A stretch of 64,000 nt of DNA from Azolla caroliniana (lineage: Eukaryota > Plantae > Polypodiophyta): the NCBI GenBank assembly GCA_043228905.1, contig JBHGNT010000010.1:18910001-18974000 (forward strand), written 5' to 3'. The notes under the pieces are model-generated. The model worked only from the letters and a program-made list of their open reading frames with translations, did no database searches and was not told the origin of the DNA. Positions 1-11,945 of the stretch are shown here, in pieces (the first letter of the stretch is position 1; every line of letters starts with the position of its first letter). A program made the position numbers and the translations under genes.

Positions 1-1490
1 GTTTATTCTAAGACTCTGAAAATATGCTAGTTACGACTCTCTTCATTTCTTAAACTCCCCAGATTCTCCTCACCTCCTCAAAATGCCCATGGTCTATCTC
101 AAAAGGTGAAAAAGGGGGATGAATTGGGCATTTAATTGTTCAAATGACATAAAGTCTAGAGAAAAGGGGAAGTTGATAAAGGGTATTTGAGGAAATGAAG
201 AAAATCTCAAAAGAGTATGCATTTCAATGGGGAGGAAGGTATATGAGTCAAAGGTGAAGTGCAGAGAGCACCACAGGTGCAGAGTATAGAGAGAGAGATT
301 CTAATTAAACTACTTTGATATTTAGGGTTAGAGATAAACTCTTTGAGATTCAAATATGTAGTTTAGTTTATCAAAGTGTCTCAAGTCTTGAAATTGCGCA
401 TTGTAATTGACTCGTTGTAAAAAATCCTCATGACATAATTTAGTTGGTTTCATTGACATTTTTATACAAAATGCACCCTCTTAAATATAACAATTGTCAT
501 ACCATGGTTGAAATGTTTATGGTCTTAACTATTGAGCATTCAATAGCCTGGACAAAACGAAAATACTAGCTTGTTCCCTACCAATAAACCTTGTGTACAA
601 ATCTAATCTTTTGTAAATTGTGACCTAAAAATCATACAGTAAAACCTAGTAGTAAAGATAATTAATTAATTAATTAAAACATGGTTGGCTTAACATATGA
701 TGACGATGTTTTTGTTGAACCATGGTCGAATAAAATTCTTACAATGTCCATCTACATATTGGATTCTGCATAATTATCTTTATCTTTATCTCCATGATGA
801 AAGTTTTCACTTTCTCTGTTGTGTTCAGTTACTTTCCTCATTGTGGTTACTCAAGAATGTTCTTGCTTTAACACCACCTATTGTGTATAGGGCCTAATCT
901 ACACCGACTTGGTACAGTTGGGCCAACATCTTCACACACATCAGAATCCAATTCAACCTAGACCAATGGCATGTCTGCGGACCATTGAACCTCGTCTGTT
1001 TCAAACTGGGCATAAATGTTGTCTTGCCTGATTTCAACAAAATAACTGTTGTTAATTAATGTCATAAGCAAAGAATAAAAGCCAACATGTGCACTTACTA
1101 TTAACTTGAGATTCAGGAAAGCTTCAATATTGAATCGCGATATTTGAAGCCTCATTCCATATTTTCTAACATAACCCAAAAAAGAGTGACAATTATACCT
1201 TGTCTTGTTTTCTCTTGACAAAACTGGAGCAACCATTGCATAAAGCACATTATCCATCCTCTTGGGTCCAAGAGAATGGCCGACATTTTGATTCCAGGAC
1301 ATCTCAGACAAGAGTCATAAGTGATACTGGCAAAACCAAGCCAATTTTAGTTCTGCCAGGTAGTGTAAGGTCTTATACTACCCACCAATCCTCAAAGAGA
1401 TCCCCCATTAAAGCACCTAGAAGTTCGTTAGTTTTCAGGAAAGCCATGTGTCTTTATTCCTTTTCTATGTTTCCTTCTAGGAGCAGAAAA

Positions 1491-2262
1491 ATGTCTGCCT
1501 ACCTTCGGCAGCTTCTACTCGACACAATCTGCGAACTCAAATACCTGAAACCTGACTCAATGCAGAATAGAATCAATCATAAAACCAAGGTTGGGGATAT
1601 GTATTAAGCATTTCCATAATATTTGATGGGATTTGCCACAGCACTTACCAATTAGTGTGGATTCCATGTTTGAAAGTGGCATGAACTTGGTTGTTCTTTT
1701 CCACATGACTATCCAACACACTGAAAGGAGCCATATTGTTAGATTTCTCAAAACAGGGTGTATGTGTGCGTAATATTGGGCACACATTTCTGTTTAGAGG
1801 CATGCTGCATTTTGGAAAGCTTGACTGCCCAACTGTATATTTCCCCAATGTTTACAAGCATCCAATATAGAAAAGTATTGATGTCTGCGTACCTTCTGCA
1901 GCTTCTACTCAACACAATCTGCAAACTCAAATACCTGAAACCTGAGCCAATGCAGAACAGAAATGATCATAATACCAAGGTTGGGGATATGTAAGCTTTT
2001 CCATAACATTAGATGGGATTCGCCACAGCACTTTAACAATTAGCGTGGATTCCAGTTTGAAAGTGGCATGAATGTGGTCGTTTTTTTCCACATGAGCATC
2101 CAACACTCGGTAAGGAGCCACATTATTAGAGCTCTCAAAATTGGGGTGTATGTGTGCATAACATGAGGCACACATTTCTGTCTAGAGGCGTGCCACATTT
2201 TTGAAAGCTTGTCTGCCCAACTGTATATTTCCCCAATGTTTACAAGCATTCAATATCGAAAA
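1491..2262. repeat. ~390-bp tandem duplication (copies ~1491-1874 and ~1881-2262) containing the last ~25 codons, stop and 3' flank of the first PPR gene
   Basis: Both copies begin atgtctgc(c/g)taccttc(g/t)gcagcttctactc and end ...gcccaactgtatatttccccaatgtttacaagcat(c/t)caatat(a/c)gaaaa; they are colinear with scattered substitutions. Confidence 0.9.
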
Positions 2263-4176
2263 CCAAGTTACGAGGCTAGGACAACTTGGGATCTTTTGAA
2301 TCATTGTGACCGCCCTATCTAATTCACCAATACGGCAAAGAATACCAACTATGCAAGCATGGTGCTCTGGCATTGGAATGATGCCATAAGTTTCCATCAT
2401 AGCTTCCAAGTACATCTTGCTCTTGTTAAAAAACCCAGATCTACTACATGTATTAAGTACAATAAGGAAGGTGATCCAACCTGGCGTTATACCCTCCCCG
2501 ACCATTCTATCAAAGATACGAAAAACATTTTCAAACTCTCCAAGTTGTGCGTATCCTGCAATTAGTGAATTGCATGAGAAAATATCATGAGCAGGAAGCT
2601 TGTCAAATAATTTATGTGCTGCAGCAAGTGCACCACATTTGGCATACATATCCAGCAGGCTGTTGGCAAGAACAAGATCATTCTCCAGGAGACCTTTCCT
2701 TGACATTTCGGCGTGTATTTCTATACCCTTGTTTTTGGCACCTAAATTGCCGCAAGCTTTCAAGATGCAAACAAATGTGACAGCATCTGGAGAGATTCCC
2801 TTGAGTTTCATCTTTGTAAAACATTCGACAGCTGCCTCCTCATGTTTATATTCAACATATCCTGAAATAAGTGCATTCCAAGAGAATACATTCTGGATGG
2901 GGAGCTTATCAAACACATCTTGTGCTTTGGTTAGTAAACCTGCTTTAGCATACATGTCAACCAAGGCGTTCCCAATGCTCCCATCACTCTCCAATAAGCC
3001 TGTTCTTTCAATGTGACCATGCATAATCTGGCCCTTTTCTATGGCCTCTATGCTGCCACAAGCCCTCAAGCAACTAACATATGTAACAGCATTTGGAGAT
3101 ATGCCTTCAGACCTCATCTGCTCAAACAAGTCCAGTGCTTCTTCATGGTAGCCATGTTCCACATATCCAGTAATAAGTGTCGTCCAACAGACAACATTCC
3201 GCACAAGGAGTTTATCAAAAACTTCTCGTGCTTTGGTGAGAAATCCACACTTGACATACATATCAACTATAGCACTACCGGTAATCTTGTTTTTTTCAAG
3301 CAACCTATTTCTTGCGACCTCGGTATGCATTTCCTGGCCCTTCTCAATAGCTCCTACGCTACCACAAGCTTTGAAGCAGCATACAAATGTGGCAGCATCA
3401 GGAAGCACGTTCTCCGATTGCATCCTTTCAAAAAATTTCAACGCTTCCTCACCATGTCCACTGTCTGCATACCCACCAATCAGTGTAGTCCAAGAGACAG
3501 TGTCCCGAACAGGTAAACTATTGAACACTTCATGTGCTTTACAAAGCCTTCCACATTTGGCATACATGTCGACCACCGTGCTTCCAACAACGACATTTTT
3601 CCCCAGCAGTCCTCGTCTCGCTATCTCGGAATGAAACTCTTGACCCTTTTGAATATCCCTTGTTATTGCACAGGACTTGAAGATGCTGGAAAATGTGAAA
3701 GCATCCGGGGAGATACCCTGGAGCTTCATCAGCTCAAAATAATGAAGAGCTTCATTTCCACGTCCATCTTCGGCATAACCTCTGATCAAGGCATTCCAGG
3801 TCACGACATTGCGGGCCGGAAGCCTATCAAAGAGGAGTTGGGCTCTTCTGAGAGAGCCACATTTCGCATACATGGAGATCATGGTGCTGCCAATGAAGAG
3901 ATCACAAGCAAGCAAGCCCGTTGAGGAGATTTGGTCGTGCAGCCTCATACCTCTTTGCAAGTCTCTGAGGAGGGCACAAGCACGGAGGAGGGCAACATAA
4001 GCAGGGGGGGAGAGATGTGAAGAAGAAGAAGAAGAAGAAGAAGAAGAGCAATCTTCTTGGGATGAAACTCTGTCATAGAGGTGCAGAGCATCCTTGTGTC
4101 TCCCACATTTCACATAATCTATGATAAGAAGATGAGGGCAGTTCATTACAGGAGGTGCCTGGCTGACCCAAGACAT
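2182..4176 (-). CDS. PLS-class pentatricopeptide repeat protein, 664 aa, truncated E domain, no DYW
   Basis: Uninterrupted ORF with 5 S motifs (MY[AV]K[CA]G), P motifs (VVTWNALIRGY...GISPD) and 36-aa L motifs. It continues through FLIVLNTCSRSG and EHHACIVGILCRIG to an E-like TWFSILNACKHWGNIQLGRQAF, then stops. Poly-Ser comes from (TCT)n near the 5' end. Confidence 0.93.
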   Translation of the reverse strand: MSWVSQAPPVMNCPHLLIIDYVKCGRHKDALHLYDRVSSQEDCSSSSSSSSSSHLSPPAYVALLRACALLRDLQRGMRLHDQISSTGLLACDLFIGSTMISMYAKCGSLRRAQLLFDRLPARNVVTWNALIRGYAEDGRGNEALHYFELMKLQGISPDAFTFSSIFKSCAITRDIQKGQEFHSEIARRGLLGKNVVVGSTVVDMYAKCGRLCKAHEVFNSLPVRDTVSWTTLIGGYADSGHGEEALKFFERMQSENVLPDAATFVCCFKACGSVGAIEKGQEMHTEVARNRLLEKNKITGSAIVDMYVKCGFLTKAREVFDKLLVRNVVCWTTLITGYVEHGYHEEALDLFEQMRSEGISPNAVTYVSCLRACGSIEAIEKGQIMHGHIERTGLLESDGSIGNALVDMYAKAGLLTKAQDVFDKLPIQNVFSWNALISGYVEYKHEEAAVECFTKMKLKGISPDAVTFVCILKACGNLGAKNKGIEIHAEMSRKGLLENDLVLANSLLDMYAKCGALAAAHKLFDKLPAHDIFSCNSLIAGYAQLGEFENVFRIFDRMVGEGITPGWITFLIVLNTCSRSGFFNKSKMYLEAMMETYGIIPMPEHHACIVGILCRIGELDRAVTMIQKIPSCPSLVTWFSILNACKHWGNIQLGRQAFKNVARL

Positions 4177-5112
4177 GGCTATGGTGCTTGATCTGCACCT
4201 GAGTTATTCTTCATTTTATACATTACATGTGTACAATGCATAAGTTATTTAACTCATGTACAGTTTTAAGCTCTGTATGCATTATATATAGTCTATCATC
4301 GTCATTGGTAACATCATTTTGTATTTGTGATGAGCACTAAAGAAATTGATGGACCTTATAAGCTATTTAGCTCAAAGAATCAACCTAGTTCACTTAAAGT
4401 CTTTAACCATATAAATCTTTTTTAACATGCGAAACCAAAGACTCTCCTAGATTGGGACAGACATTCTCAAATATTTGTGTCACACGTCTCTCGTTTTCTC
4501 TTTCAAGTCACTAAAGCTATATGAACGGTCTATTTACTAATTCATCTTACGCTAAAAGCCAACTTCTCGTGGGCATATCCGAGAGGTTTATATATATTAT
4601 AGAATACCCCCCTAACCTATCATCAAGGTATACGTGCACCCCTTAAAAGCATACATCATCAAGCCTCCCACCTTCAATTAGTGCCTATATCCCACACACA
4701 TGGGTTGGACAAAATGTCAATGAAACAATTTCATTATCCTATTATCAAAAAAAGCAAGCAATGCCACCTTCTCTGTGACTATGATGAGGGTTCCGCCTAG
4801 TAATTACCGAAAAACGGGAATGTGTGGTATTATGGGGTTCTTAGGCAACACAATTGATGCCCATGATTAAAAACACCAATACTTTATTGGAAGTGTGGGC
4901 TGCTGCTGAGAGGACCAAATGTATCCATTGTGAGCAAGAATTCTTAATGGAAGAAAGAGAATTTTGGTTTTTCAATTCCATTGCAACAACCAAGAAAGGA
5001 ATGAATCATCAAGAGGTGAAGAAAATGGCAAAGACTCAATAACTTAGTTGGGAATTTGAAGGGAGGAATTACAGAGGAGACCGAAGAACAATCCTAGCAT
5101 GTATGTATAATA

Positions 5113-5290
5113 TATATACATGGATGGATATATCATGTAAGTATTTGAAGAACCCATGGAACCTGCAGCAGAGGAGGAGAAGTGTGTGAATAAATGCATG
5201 TCTGTATATACATGGATGGTGTATAAGGATTTGAAGAACCCATGGAACCTGCAGTCGAGGAGGAGAAGTGTGTGAGTATATGTATGTATG
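5113..5290. repeat. ~86-bp direct repeat (2 copies) just upstream of the second PPR gene
   Basis: atttgaagaacccatggaacctgcag..gaggaggagaagtgtgtga occurs at 5143 and 5229; tatatacatggatgg precedes both. Confidence 0.85.
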
Positions 5291-5328
5291 TATATGTGCA
5301 TGTGCATGGTATGGTGTAGCATGGAGGG

Positions 5329-7083
5329 GTGTGCGCTATGGGGATGGAGGTTGCATCCTGGAATGCTCTCATGGCCGACCTCTTGCGGCGAGGCCAGCCC
5401 CAGCAAGCATTGCAGTGCTTGAGGCGTATGCAGGAGCTTGAGAGGCACCATAGCCATGGCCTCTCCCCCGATGCCATCAGTTTTACTTCTGCCTTCAAGG
5501 CCTGTGGCCTCCTTGGGGACCTGGAGCAGGGCAGGCGGATCCATGATGAGGTGAGGCAGAGGCTTCCCCTGCTTTTGCTGCCTGGGAGAGATGTCATCCT
5601 CGCCACCGCGCTGGTAGGCATGTACGCCAGATGTGGCTCCATGGATAAAGCAGAAGAAACCTTCTGTGAGCTGCTCCCTCGTCCAAACGTGGTCTCCTGG
5701 AATGTGCTCATTGCAGGATATACCCATCAAGGGCTCTGCGAGAAAGCTCTCGATTGTTTCAAGCTGATGCAGGCCAAAGGATACTCTCCAGATGCCATCA
5801 CCTTCAGCTCAATACTGAGGGCATGTGGCAGCCTCCAGAATGTGGATGAAGGCATAGAAATACACAAGGAGATCCTTCGGAAAGGGCTGCTAGCAAAAGA
5901 TGTCGTTCTTGGCACTGCTCTGGTGGATATGTATGCCAAGTGTGGTGCAATTGTAAAAGCTGAACAAGTCTTTAATGAGCTTCCTGTTAGGAATGTCATC
6001 TCATGGAATGCGGTTATTGCAGGATGTGTGCAATGTGGGCGGAGCGAGGATGCACTCAATCATTTTATGCAGATGAAAAGAGAAGGATTTTATCCAGATG
6101 GGATCACTCTTAGCTCTATCTTGAAGGCATGTGGCAGTACATGTTGCATTGACATGGGCAAACAAATTCATGATGAGATACTTAGGCATGGAGTCCTGGA
6201 TAAAGATGTTGTGCTTGGTACTGCTTTGGTCGATATGTATGCCAAATGTGGTATGTTGGAAAGAGCAGAGGAAGTATTCCACAAGCTGATGGTTAGGGAT
6301 ATAGTCTCTTGGAATGCTCTTATTGCTGGATACTCCCACCAGGAGAAGGCTGAAGAAGCATTCAAATGCTTCCAACAGATGCAAAGTGAGGGTATTCTAG
6401 CAGATACTGTCACGTTCATTTCCATATTGATGGTTTGTGGAAGTAGAGGGGCTGTTGGCAAGGGAAGTCATATCCATCATGAGATCATTAGTAAAGAGCT
6501 TCTTGGAAAAGTTACATTGCTCGACAATGCTTTGTTGGACATGTATTCCAAATGTGGTTCTCTCGTAAAGGCAGAGCAAGTACTTGACAAGCTTCCTGTG
6601 CGCGATATAGTATCTTGGAATGTACTCCTTGCAGGATATGCCCAACAGGGACTCGGTGAAGAAGCTGTGAATTGTTTCAAAAGAATGCAAATTGAGGGTG
6701 TGTTTCCAGATTCCGTCACCCTTCTCAGCCTATTGACTGCCTGCAGCCATTCAGGTCTAGTGGATGATGGGGAAATGTATTTTATGGAGATGACCCAAAA
6801 ATATGGGATTATACCCATCATAGATCATCACACTTGCATGGTCGATCTCTTCGGTCGCACAGGAAACTTCGAGAAGGCAATGTTGATGATTAGGAAGATG
6901 CCTTTCCCTGAGTCTCTTCCACTCTGGGATGTCCTGTTGGGGGCCTGCCGCAAATGGCGCAATGTGAAGCTCGGAAGATTGGCCTTTGAACAGGCAGTAG
7001 AATTGGATGACAGTAATATCTCCAGATACATCATGATGGCTCATATTCACACAGCTGCCAGCATGGAAGATGATCCTTTCTAG
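5329..7083 (+). CDS. PLS-class PPR protein, ~584 aa, E domain, no DYW (first ATG at 5338; the ORF track starts at GTG)
   Basis: 4 S motifs (MY[AS][RK]CG), regular 102-aa P-L-S triplets, LLSLLTACSHSGLVDDG, HHTCMVDLFGRTG and E motif WDVLLGACRKWRNVKLGRLAFEQAVELD. Confidence 0.93.
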   Translation: MCAMGMEVASWNALMADLLRRGQPQQALQCLRRMQELERHHSHGLSPDAISFTSAFKACGLLGDLEQGRRIHDEVRQRLPLLLLPGRDVILATALVGMYARCGSMDKAEETFCELLPRPNVVSWNVLIAGYTHQGLCEKALDCFKLMQAKGYSPDAITFSSILRACGSLQNVDEGIEIHKEILRKGLLAKDVVLGTALVDMYAKCGAIVKAEQVFNELPVRNVISWNAVIAGCVQCGRSEDALNHFMQMKREGFYPDGITLSSILKACGSTCCIDMGKQIHDEILRHGVLDKDVVLGTALVDMYAKCGMLERAEEVFHKLMVRDIVSWNALIAGYSHQEKAEEAFKCFQQMQSEGILADTVTFISILMVCGSRGAVGKGSHIHHEIISKELLGKVTLLDNALLDMYSKCGSLVKAEQVLDKLPVRDIVSWNVLLAGYAQQGLGEEAVNCFKRMQIEGVFPDSVTLLSLLTACSHSGLVDDGEMYFMEMTQKYGIIPIIDHHTCMVDLFGRTGNFEKAMLMIRKMPFPESLPLWDVLLGACRKWRNVKLGRLAFEQAVELDDSNISRYIMMAHIHTAASMEDDPF

Positions 7084-8979
7084 GATAAAAGTTTAACTAT
7101 GCAATGCTTACCTAAAATGTCAATTTTGTATTGAGCAGAAAGCCAGCCCATGATCCTCTTGCTTATTCTCTGTGCCTTATGACTGAAATTTATGTCCTAC
7201 AATTGAATGGGCTGATACAAGGCCTTAATTCATTAGAGACATGAAGTATATTTATATATATGCAACAATGAACCTGAAACCCAGCCGCCCCATTCCTGCA
7301 GAGAATTGATTTTCCATAGCATTTTCTGCCATAGCCCCAATTAGGACCAAAGATCCTTAAATGGTCTGAACCATTTTCTCATGACATGCTAATAATGATT
7401 GCTCGCAGTGCCTTCTTTTGATTGGCCAAGTGAATATGGTTATTGTTACAAGAATTCCTGTTCTGAGTGTGGAAACAAGTATGCAAACCCCCACTTACAA
7501 GATCAGCAACACTTAAGAGTGTTCCAATCTGAAAGTGAAAGTCAAAATAAGAAAAGCTGTATAAAAATAAATGATGGATAGAAAACCAAAATTGTCATGT
7601 TTGAGTTGGTTATCATTGAGTGGAGACTTAGAAAGAGAATTTGTGGCTTAGTAATACTTGAGTCACTTGTTTGGATTTGATATTATATTCTAATGTTCTT
7701 CCTAGATGCAAGGTTGCAAGAGCTTAAATATAAGCGACTGAAGAATACCTAAACTCTTTGAAACTCCTAACCAAGACCACGAGAGCGTGGTATGAATTAT
7801 GTTAACCCACATAACTAGCAGAAGAAAAAAAAATTGCAGAGTGGCTTTCTAGATAGATTCAAGATACGCAAGTTGCAGAAGGCATGCTTTCACGATGAAG
7901 GCTCAAGTTGGATCGATAAACTGATTAGTGGTCAACAGAGTAAAAAATCTTCATTTAACAATATATTGAGGACTTATACAAAACATTGCCATAAACTTGA
8001 TTCAACACAATGTAACTTTTCCTCTTGACCTTCATATTGGTAAGGTTTTTCCATGTCACAATAATATTATGAATATGTAGAGTCACGTAGACACAATATA
8101 ACTTTCCCTCACAAATATAATGTGTTAAGGTTTTCCACTGTAAATCATATAATTGCCAAAACGCAGCTGTGTTTCAAAATATACCATCACTAAAACAGAA
8201 CCTCACCATAGATTTGTAATATTGTCCTTAATTATTCAGCTCATAGATATGATATTGTCAAAACAATGATAAATCACTTACTATCGTATGAAGTTCGTGT
8301 ATGGAGAAATCCTACTACACCATTTCTGAGAAATGAACCAGTTACCTATGGATTTAAGGCAAATAGATAGCACAAAAACATGGTTTCGCTAGTCAAAAGC
8401 ATGTACTCCCAACCATAACCATTGTTAACAATGATAATATCAACAATTCAACCAGACAAAACAATACTACAGTGAAACCGAAAAACATACAGAGACGGAA
8501 CAAACAAAGCCAACATTTCTTAAAACATCAAAAGATTTATCAGCTTCCAGCCTTACATATATAGCTTCTACCCCATCACAAGTTGCTCCAGGGGCACTGG
8601 ATTAAATGTTGAAGACTGAAAGCCTATGCCTGTTAAGTGTATATACTGGGAGCCTTGTAAGGCAAAGGAGAGCAACAAAAACAGCGAGACTCTGCACTAA
8701 AGCTGCAGAGCTAGCTCAGCGAAATACAAAAAACTACATAATTAGAAGAGCAGAGACGAGACAGTGTTTTGCGAAAAAATACGCCCAAAGTCTCACCCAC
8801 CCTAAATGGTTCCATGCTCTTATCTAGGGTTCCACCTTCCACAAGTCGCCATGGTGTTATGGAGAGCAATGGAGAGGTGGACATGAAGCCAGAAGCGAGC
8901 AGGGACGATAACGATGACAACGATGGTGGAGGATAAACTAGGGGAGCATCTTTAGGGTTTGGCAGGGGAGCAAGCCCTC

Positions 8980-9552
8980 TTAATTCTGGCCAGAGGAGGC
9001 GTCGACATTGAGAGAAGGCAGGGAGCCCCAGTCCTCTTCTGCGGCTGCAGGCTCCGAGTCATTGAAGCCGCCAGAGAAGCCGCCACCGCCACCGCCGCCA
9101 TAGCCACCGTCTCCTCCACCGAAGCCGCCGCCCATGGGGCGCGCAGGCCTGCTGGAGGCCCTGTCCACGCGGATGACGCGGCCATCGAGGGTGTGGCCGT
9201 TGAGCTTGGAGAGAGCGGTGTCTGCATCCTCCTCCTTGTAGTAGGTGATGAAGCCGAAGCCGCGGGATCGGCCAGTCTCGCGATCCATGATGATCTTTGC
9301 GTCCATGACCTCTCCATGCGCCGCGAAGGCGTCGCGCAGGCTGTCCTCCGTGGTGTTGAAGGAGATGCCTCCCACGAAGAGCTTCCCGCCCTCGCCTGTG
9401 TTGAAGAAGCGGAGGGACAGGAGGCGAGAGGCGCTATGGCGGATCTCGCAGGAAGGCAAGAGGGCAGGGGCAGCGCCAAGAGGAGGAGCAGGCGCAGAGG
9501 ATCGGAGCTGGGCTGCTCCGCTCAACAGCAGGCGCCTCCATGCCTGGGCCAT
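8980..9552 (-). CDS. Glycine-rich RNA-binding protein (single RRM) with N-terminal mitochondrial-type presequence; GR-RBP/ORRM-like
   Basis: RNP2 KLFVGGIS and RNP1 RGFGFITY, with DRETGRSRGFGF and LNGHTLDGRVIRVDRA. The first ~50 aa are rich in Arg/Ala/Leu/Ser and poor in acidic residues. A GGGFGGGDGGYGGG tract precedes an acidic tail. Intronless and GC-rich. Confidence 0.92.
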   Translation of the reverse strand: MAQAWRRLLLSGAAQLRSSAPAPPLGAAPALLPSCEIRHSASRLLSLRFFNTGEGGKLFVGGISFNTTEDSLRDAFAAHGEVMDAKIIMDRETGRSRGFGFITYYKEEDADTALSKLNGHTLDGRVIRVDRASSRPARPMGGGFGGGDGGYGGGGGGGFSGGFNDSEPAAAEEDWGSLPSLNVDASSGQN

Positions 9553-9669
9553 CGTTCGTCTGATCCTGTGCTGCGTACGCTTCGCTCTCCTTGGAAGCTC
9601 GCTCGCTCGCTCAGACGCAGACGCAGACGCAGACGCAGAGAGCTGAAGAAGACACAGGAACGAACTGTG

Positions 9670-9845
9670 GGAAGGTTTAGGGTTTTAGGCACAGACAGAC
9701 AGAGAGAGAGAGAGAGAGAGACAGAGAGAGAGAGAGAATAGTGGGGTTTTAGGGCTTCTTATATATGTGCTTCTTTTCCTTCTTTCTTTCTTTCTTTCTT
9801 TCTTCTTCTTCTTCTTCTTTGGTTCAGAATTTAGGGTTTAGTATC
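9670..9845 (-). promoter_or_regulatory. Putative core promoter of the RRM gene: TATA box, CT-rich patch and telo-box-like motifs
   Basis: Minus strand ATATATAAG at ~9758-9766, (CT)n tract 9700-9738 downstream, and AAACCCTA-like motifs at ~9677-9685, 9745-9753 and 9831-9839. Confidence 0.5.
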
Positions 9846-9885
9846 TCACTTGCTTTTGGCTTACATACACATACTAGCTTACAAA

Positions 9886-9887
<2 letters not shown>

Positions 9888-9947
<60 letters not shown>

Positions 9948-10052
9948 CGTGTGTCTCTGTGTATGTGTATGTGTATGTGTATGTGTTTGTGTATGTGTTT
10001 GTGTATGTGTTTGTATTTGTGTATTGTCTTGTGTCTATGTGTGTATGTGTGT
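9888..10052. repeat. Compound microsatellite (CT)n followed by (TGTGTA)n
   Basis: Directly visible. Confidence 0.95.
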
Positions 10053-11945
10053 ATTCATCGTGGTAGCATCACAGAGTCCTTCGCCTTCCTTAAACCCGAT
10101 GCGTCGTCTTCGTATCGCGCCCTTTCTAAGCCGGCCGCAAGGCCAGCAGATACTAGTCGGTTGTGGCATGCTGGCTGGCTGGCTGGTAGATAGCGGTCGT
10201 GGACAGGACCAAGGATTGGCTCAGTCCTGTCTTTTTTCAGTAGGAGGAACCTGGCTTCCGATGGTAATTCGTGCAAGGGGTTGGTTGTAAACAACAAATC
10301 GTTAGCGTTGCATTGATCAACGGAAAAAGGCCGACTTCTGCTCGTTGATTTTTGTCTTAGCCGAACTTTGATTCACACTTAATGATCTATTTAAATTAAT
10401 TAGGTTATTAAACTCAAGTACTTAGTTATTAACACTCTAAAATGCAAGCTTAATTATTACAACACTTGGAGATGGTTATAGATGCTTGAGGAATGCTCAT
10501 TTGCATGGGGATGGCTTTAAAGGCAAAAGACATTGACCACGATGAGGCAACACATAGAACCAACCAAGTGGATATGTAGGTTGCAAAGAAGATACCAATT
10601 CACAATCATATTTGATGCTTTTACAATGGGCAAACAACATACATAAAATATAGGGTTTCACAAACACACTTTGTAGAGGACCTAGTAAAACAAAAACGTA
10701 GGTTATGGAATGTTGTAGACCATTATGAGTGGTGGTTAGAAACTCACAATTGTAAGTTATTGAACATTGTAGACCATTATGGGTGGTGGTTAGAAGTTTC
10801 TACTAAGCCATAGAATTAGTAATGAACTATTATAAAAAGAGTTTATACACATTTGCTTCTATTCTTTGACCTGCCTTGTCTAGTCTTGCCTAGGTTTGTG
10901 CATGTCCAAGCCTTGACCAACAAGATATATCATGTGCAATATTTTAAATGGTAGTCCATAGATTTACATCATATGGCATGGTTATCTCAATGTTTCGAGG
11001 TATATAACGTTAAGTGGTGACCATGCATAACACAATTATGTACTTATTATAATACATAATGCATCCTTTTTAAATAAACGTTACCATTAAATGACAGTAA
11101 CGTCACTAACAATAGGGTGTTATCCAACCAGAGCATCGACTTAATGAACCAACGTAGAATTTTTTGCCATAGGTTGAGTCTGTGAGACTGCATTAAATTT
11201 AACGTTTAGCATCATTGTTGGGGACTCATAACGAAAAATACTCAATATTAGCTCCTAGCAGTTGCTTCTCAATACTCACTATTAGTCGTTGTCTCTCCGT
11301 TGACACACAATTAAATACCGAACACATCTTTTATTGATTAATTCGTAAATACATCTAGTAAAATCTTTCTCTTCTTCGCTCCCTTAATGACTTTGGTCAC
11401 CCCCATTATACAAATCAAACTATACACGTGACCACTGGAGCTATGCTCCAAGGAGACAAGACAACCATAAAATACCATTAGCGTCCCCTACCATTGAATA
11501 TTACCTTTTGTTACACCCTCAACAATTGAATAATGGTTTTGAAGAAGATTGTTTGGCCTTGGCCCTCACCAATAGTCTCAAAGGTGTTGTAATGAAGGGA
11601 GTCACAAGTCCCCTTGATCTATACTACTCCCAAAATACCATATGTTAAACCATTCAATTTAACTTTAGAAGTTGCCCTTACGGTTATGCCTATAACACCA
11701 AACTCGAATAACACAAAACAACCCAAAAATGAGCCAATAGTCATTTTTTATATGGTTCAAGAGTTAAATTTTAGGTTGGCACACATCACACAAAACTCAT
11801 GACGTTGGACAATTTCTACCCTATACAAATTGAATCCTATCGTTACTCCATTCCTGGGGAACACCTTCGATTACTCCTCCTGAGTAATCGGGTCAAGGAA
11901 TCGTGGTCGTGTAAGAGATTGAGGTAGGGCCGAGTAGGGGCCAAA

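Noticed and set aside
38-210. Imperfect inverted repeat (61-88 versus 181-207)
   Set aside because: Short, mismatched and purine/pyrimidine-biased; no TSD or boundaries identifiable.
958-1311. 117-aa minus-strand ORF
   Set aside because: No recognisable motif. It contains donor- and acceptor-like sites and is more likely spliced 3' UTR or flank of PPR1.
1927-2175. In-frame ORF after the PPR1 stop, considered as a cryptic DYW via read-through or stop editing
   Set aside because: No PG box, HxE or CxxC. The frame is not preserved in the duplicate copy, and U-to-C stop removal is known for organellar, not nuclear, mRNAs.
8952-9741. 260-aa, 175-aa and 133-aa ORFs overlapping the RRM gene
   Set aside because: Expected from high GC and few stops; no motifs.
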